Shown piece after piece: positions 62,503 to 64,000 of a stretch of 64,000 nucleotides of DNA. The notes under the pieces were generated by a model that saw only the letters and a program-made list of their open reading frames with translations, had not been told where the DNA came from and did not search any database. Position numbers and translations under genes: made by a program. This DNA is from Eledone cirrhosa. Its lineage: Eukaryota. The stretch's first letter is position 1; each line of letters begins with the position of its first letter. The stretch covers positions 96,410,001-96,474,000 of the forward strand of contig OZ024746.1 of the NCBI GenBank assembly GCA_964016885.1. The letters run 5' to 3'.

Positions 62503-64000
62503 GTGAACATATGCACAGAGAAAATTACAATGTGAGGAAATAAGAAGGCTTAGAGACAGCCAATTAAATATATAAGCAAGCAAGAATATATATAATTACG
62601 ATCTTTTATTTTCACCACATAAGGTCAACTTGACATTACTACATATAGGGTGTACACAATAATTCAAATATTAATTACAATAAAAAGAAAATGTAGTTTG
62701 CTTGAAGCATTGTACATGATATATAATACAGTATATAATGTGGAGAGTGATATATGGAAGAAGGTTAAACAATGGAAAATGGAAGGTAAGATGAAGGTAA
62801 CGAAAAAGTTGGTTACCTCGTAATCTTTAGGTTTTTTTTCTTTTCTTCATCCTAATATTTCGGGACTGAAAATCGCCTTGTCAGAGTATAGGGAACGCTC
62901 AGAGCCCACAATAAGAAAAGGGATGTAATACGGTGAGTGCATTTCATTTTTTCATGTATTAATGAATGCTAAGTTAAATGATAAATACATTATAAACATA
63001 TAATTCTCTGGTATCTGAGGAAAGCGAAACTACATCATGTTACAGAAGATAGAGGAAGAAAAATTACTAACTAGATTTCTAGTGAAGTACGCGGCCCCAC
63101 GTGAATTCGAAAATTAAAAAAATACTCGTTTCAAAGAACGTGAATTCGGAAAATATTATTGAATTTTCATCCTGGTTAATAACTCGCTGTCACGTGACTG
63201 AAATTTTAGAAAGTTCTATGGGTGAAAAGCAGGTCTTAAAATGTTGATATGAGATTTAACATGTCATGTCTCCAACGAAGAACATAAATGAAAATTAGAA
63301 ACAGAGAAAGCGTGTCCACTGAACATTCCTCCTCCCTTTCTTCCGATGCCTAATTAATCTTTGCTTTTCCCCTCCTTTTCCTCTCATTTATGGCATTTAT
63401 AGTCCTTTCCTCTACTTTCCCATACAGCCAGATCTGCCCTTCTTTGCCCCTTTCTCCTTTTACTCATTACTTAATTTCGTTTTTATCTTTCTTTTTCATA
63501 TTTCCATCATTGTATAACTTCCTTTTGTAAAATATAGTTAACACTTAACAGGTGTATTTAAGAATCAAATGTACACACAAGGCAAATCCACTTCCCACCG
63601 AGTCCAAAGGTAGGGTGAGTCTATTCTACAAACCAAGATACAATATGTTTGCGTATAATAAACATTTTTTAGGCGACGAATAGGTAGAGGGACCCCATTT
63701 GCTCACCATACGGATTAATAGGCAAAGTTATAAACTATTGTAAATAAATAATTATTGTGGCTTGTAAAAAAAAGAAGAAAATAAAATCGGATAGAATGCT
63801 TTGTGGGTTTTCTTTCCGGTTCTATGCGTTCAAAGTTCAAATCCCGCCGAATTTCTCAACAGTCTGGAACCATTCGGTATGTCACCACACAACCTTGAAT
63901 TGAAGGCGCAGCCATCATACTTCTAGGAAACCTGGATCAGCCAAGATTGTACAATGGGACGAGTATGGTTATGACTGAACTACAGCTTCACATTATCGAA

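Noticed and set aside
62831-62932. Possible exon between tttag and gtgagt
   Set aside because: Stop codons in all three frames and a weak acceptor; no independent support.

Overview
AT-rich, microsatellite-dense eukaryotic intergenic or intronic DNA. The SINE and microsatellite make-up suggests a mollusc, most likely an octopus-type cephalopod (inference). No host protein-coding gene is supported; almost all listed ORFs are simple-repeat artefacts. The only real coding remnants are transposon-derived: Penelope-like GIY-YIG, RTE LINE 3' ends, a CRE-like restriction-type endonuclease, and Tc1/mariner. The rest is tRNA-derived SINEs, MITE/Helentron-like pieces and several satellites. The most striking signal, found by hand-folding, is a dense and diverse set of hammerhead ribozyme motifs: about 18 full or degraded motifs in about 9-10 sequence families. 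Nearly all sit in short Penelope-like elements inserted in or beside (TA)n-type microsatellites, and many are arranged as fold-back palindromes with one hammerhead per strand. Their stem III is a covarying palindrome (ATGCGCAT, ATATATAT, ATGATCAT, ACAATTGT, ACGTACGT, AACGTT). There is also one candidate type III hammerhead at 19457-19577. All structures were folded by eye and family names come from recalled motifs, not database searches.
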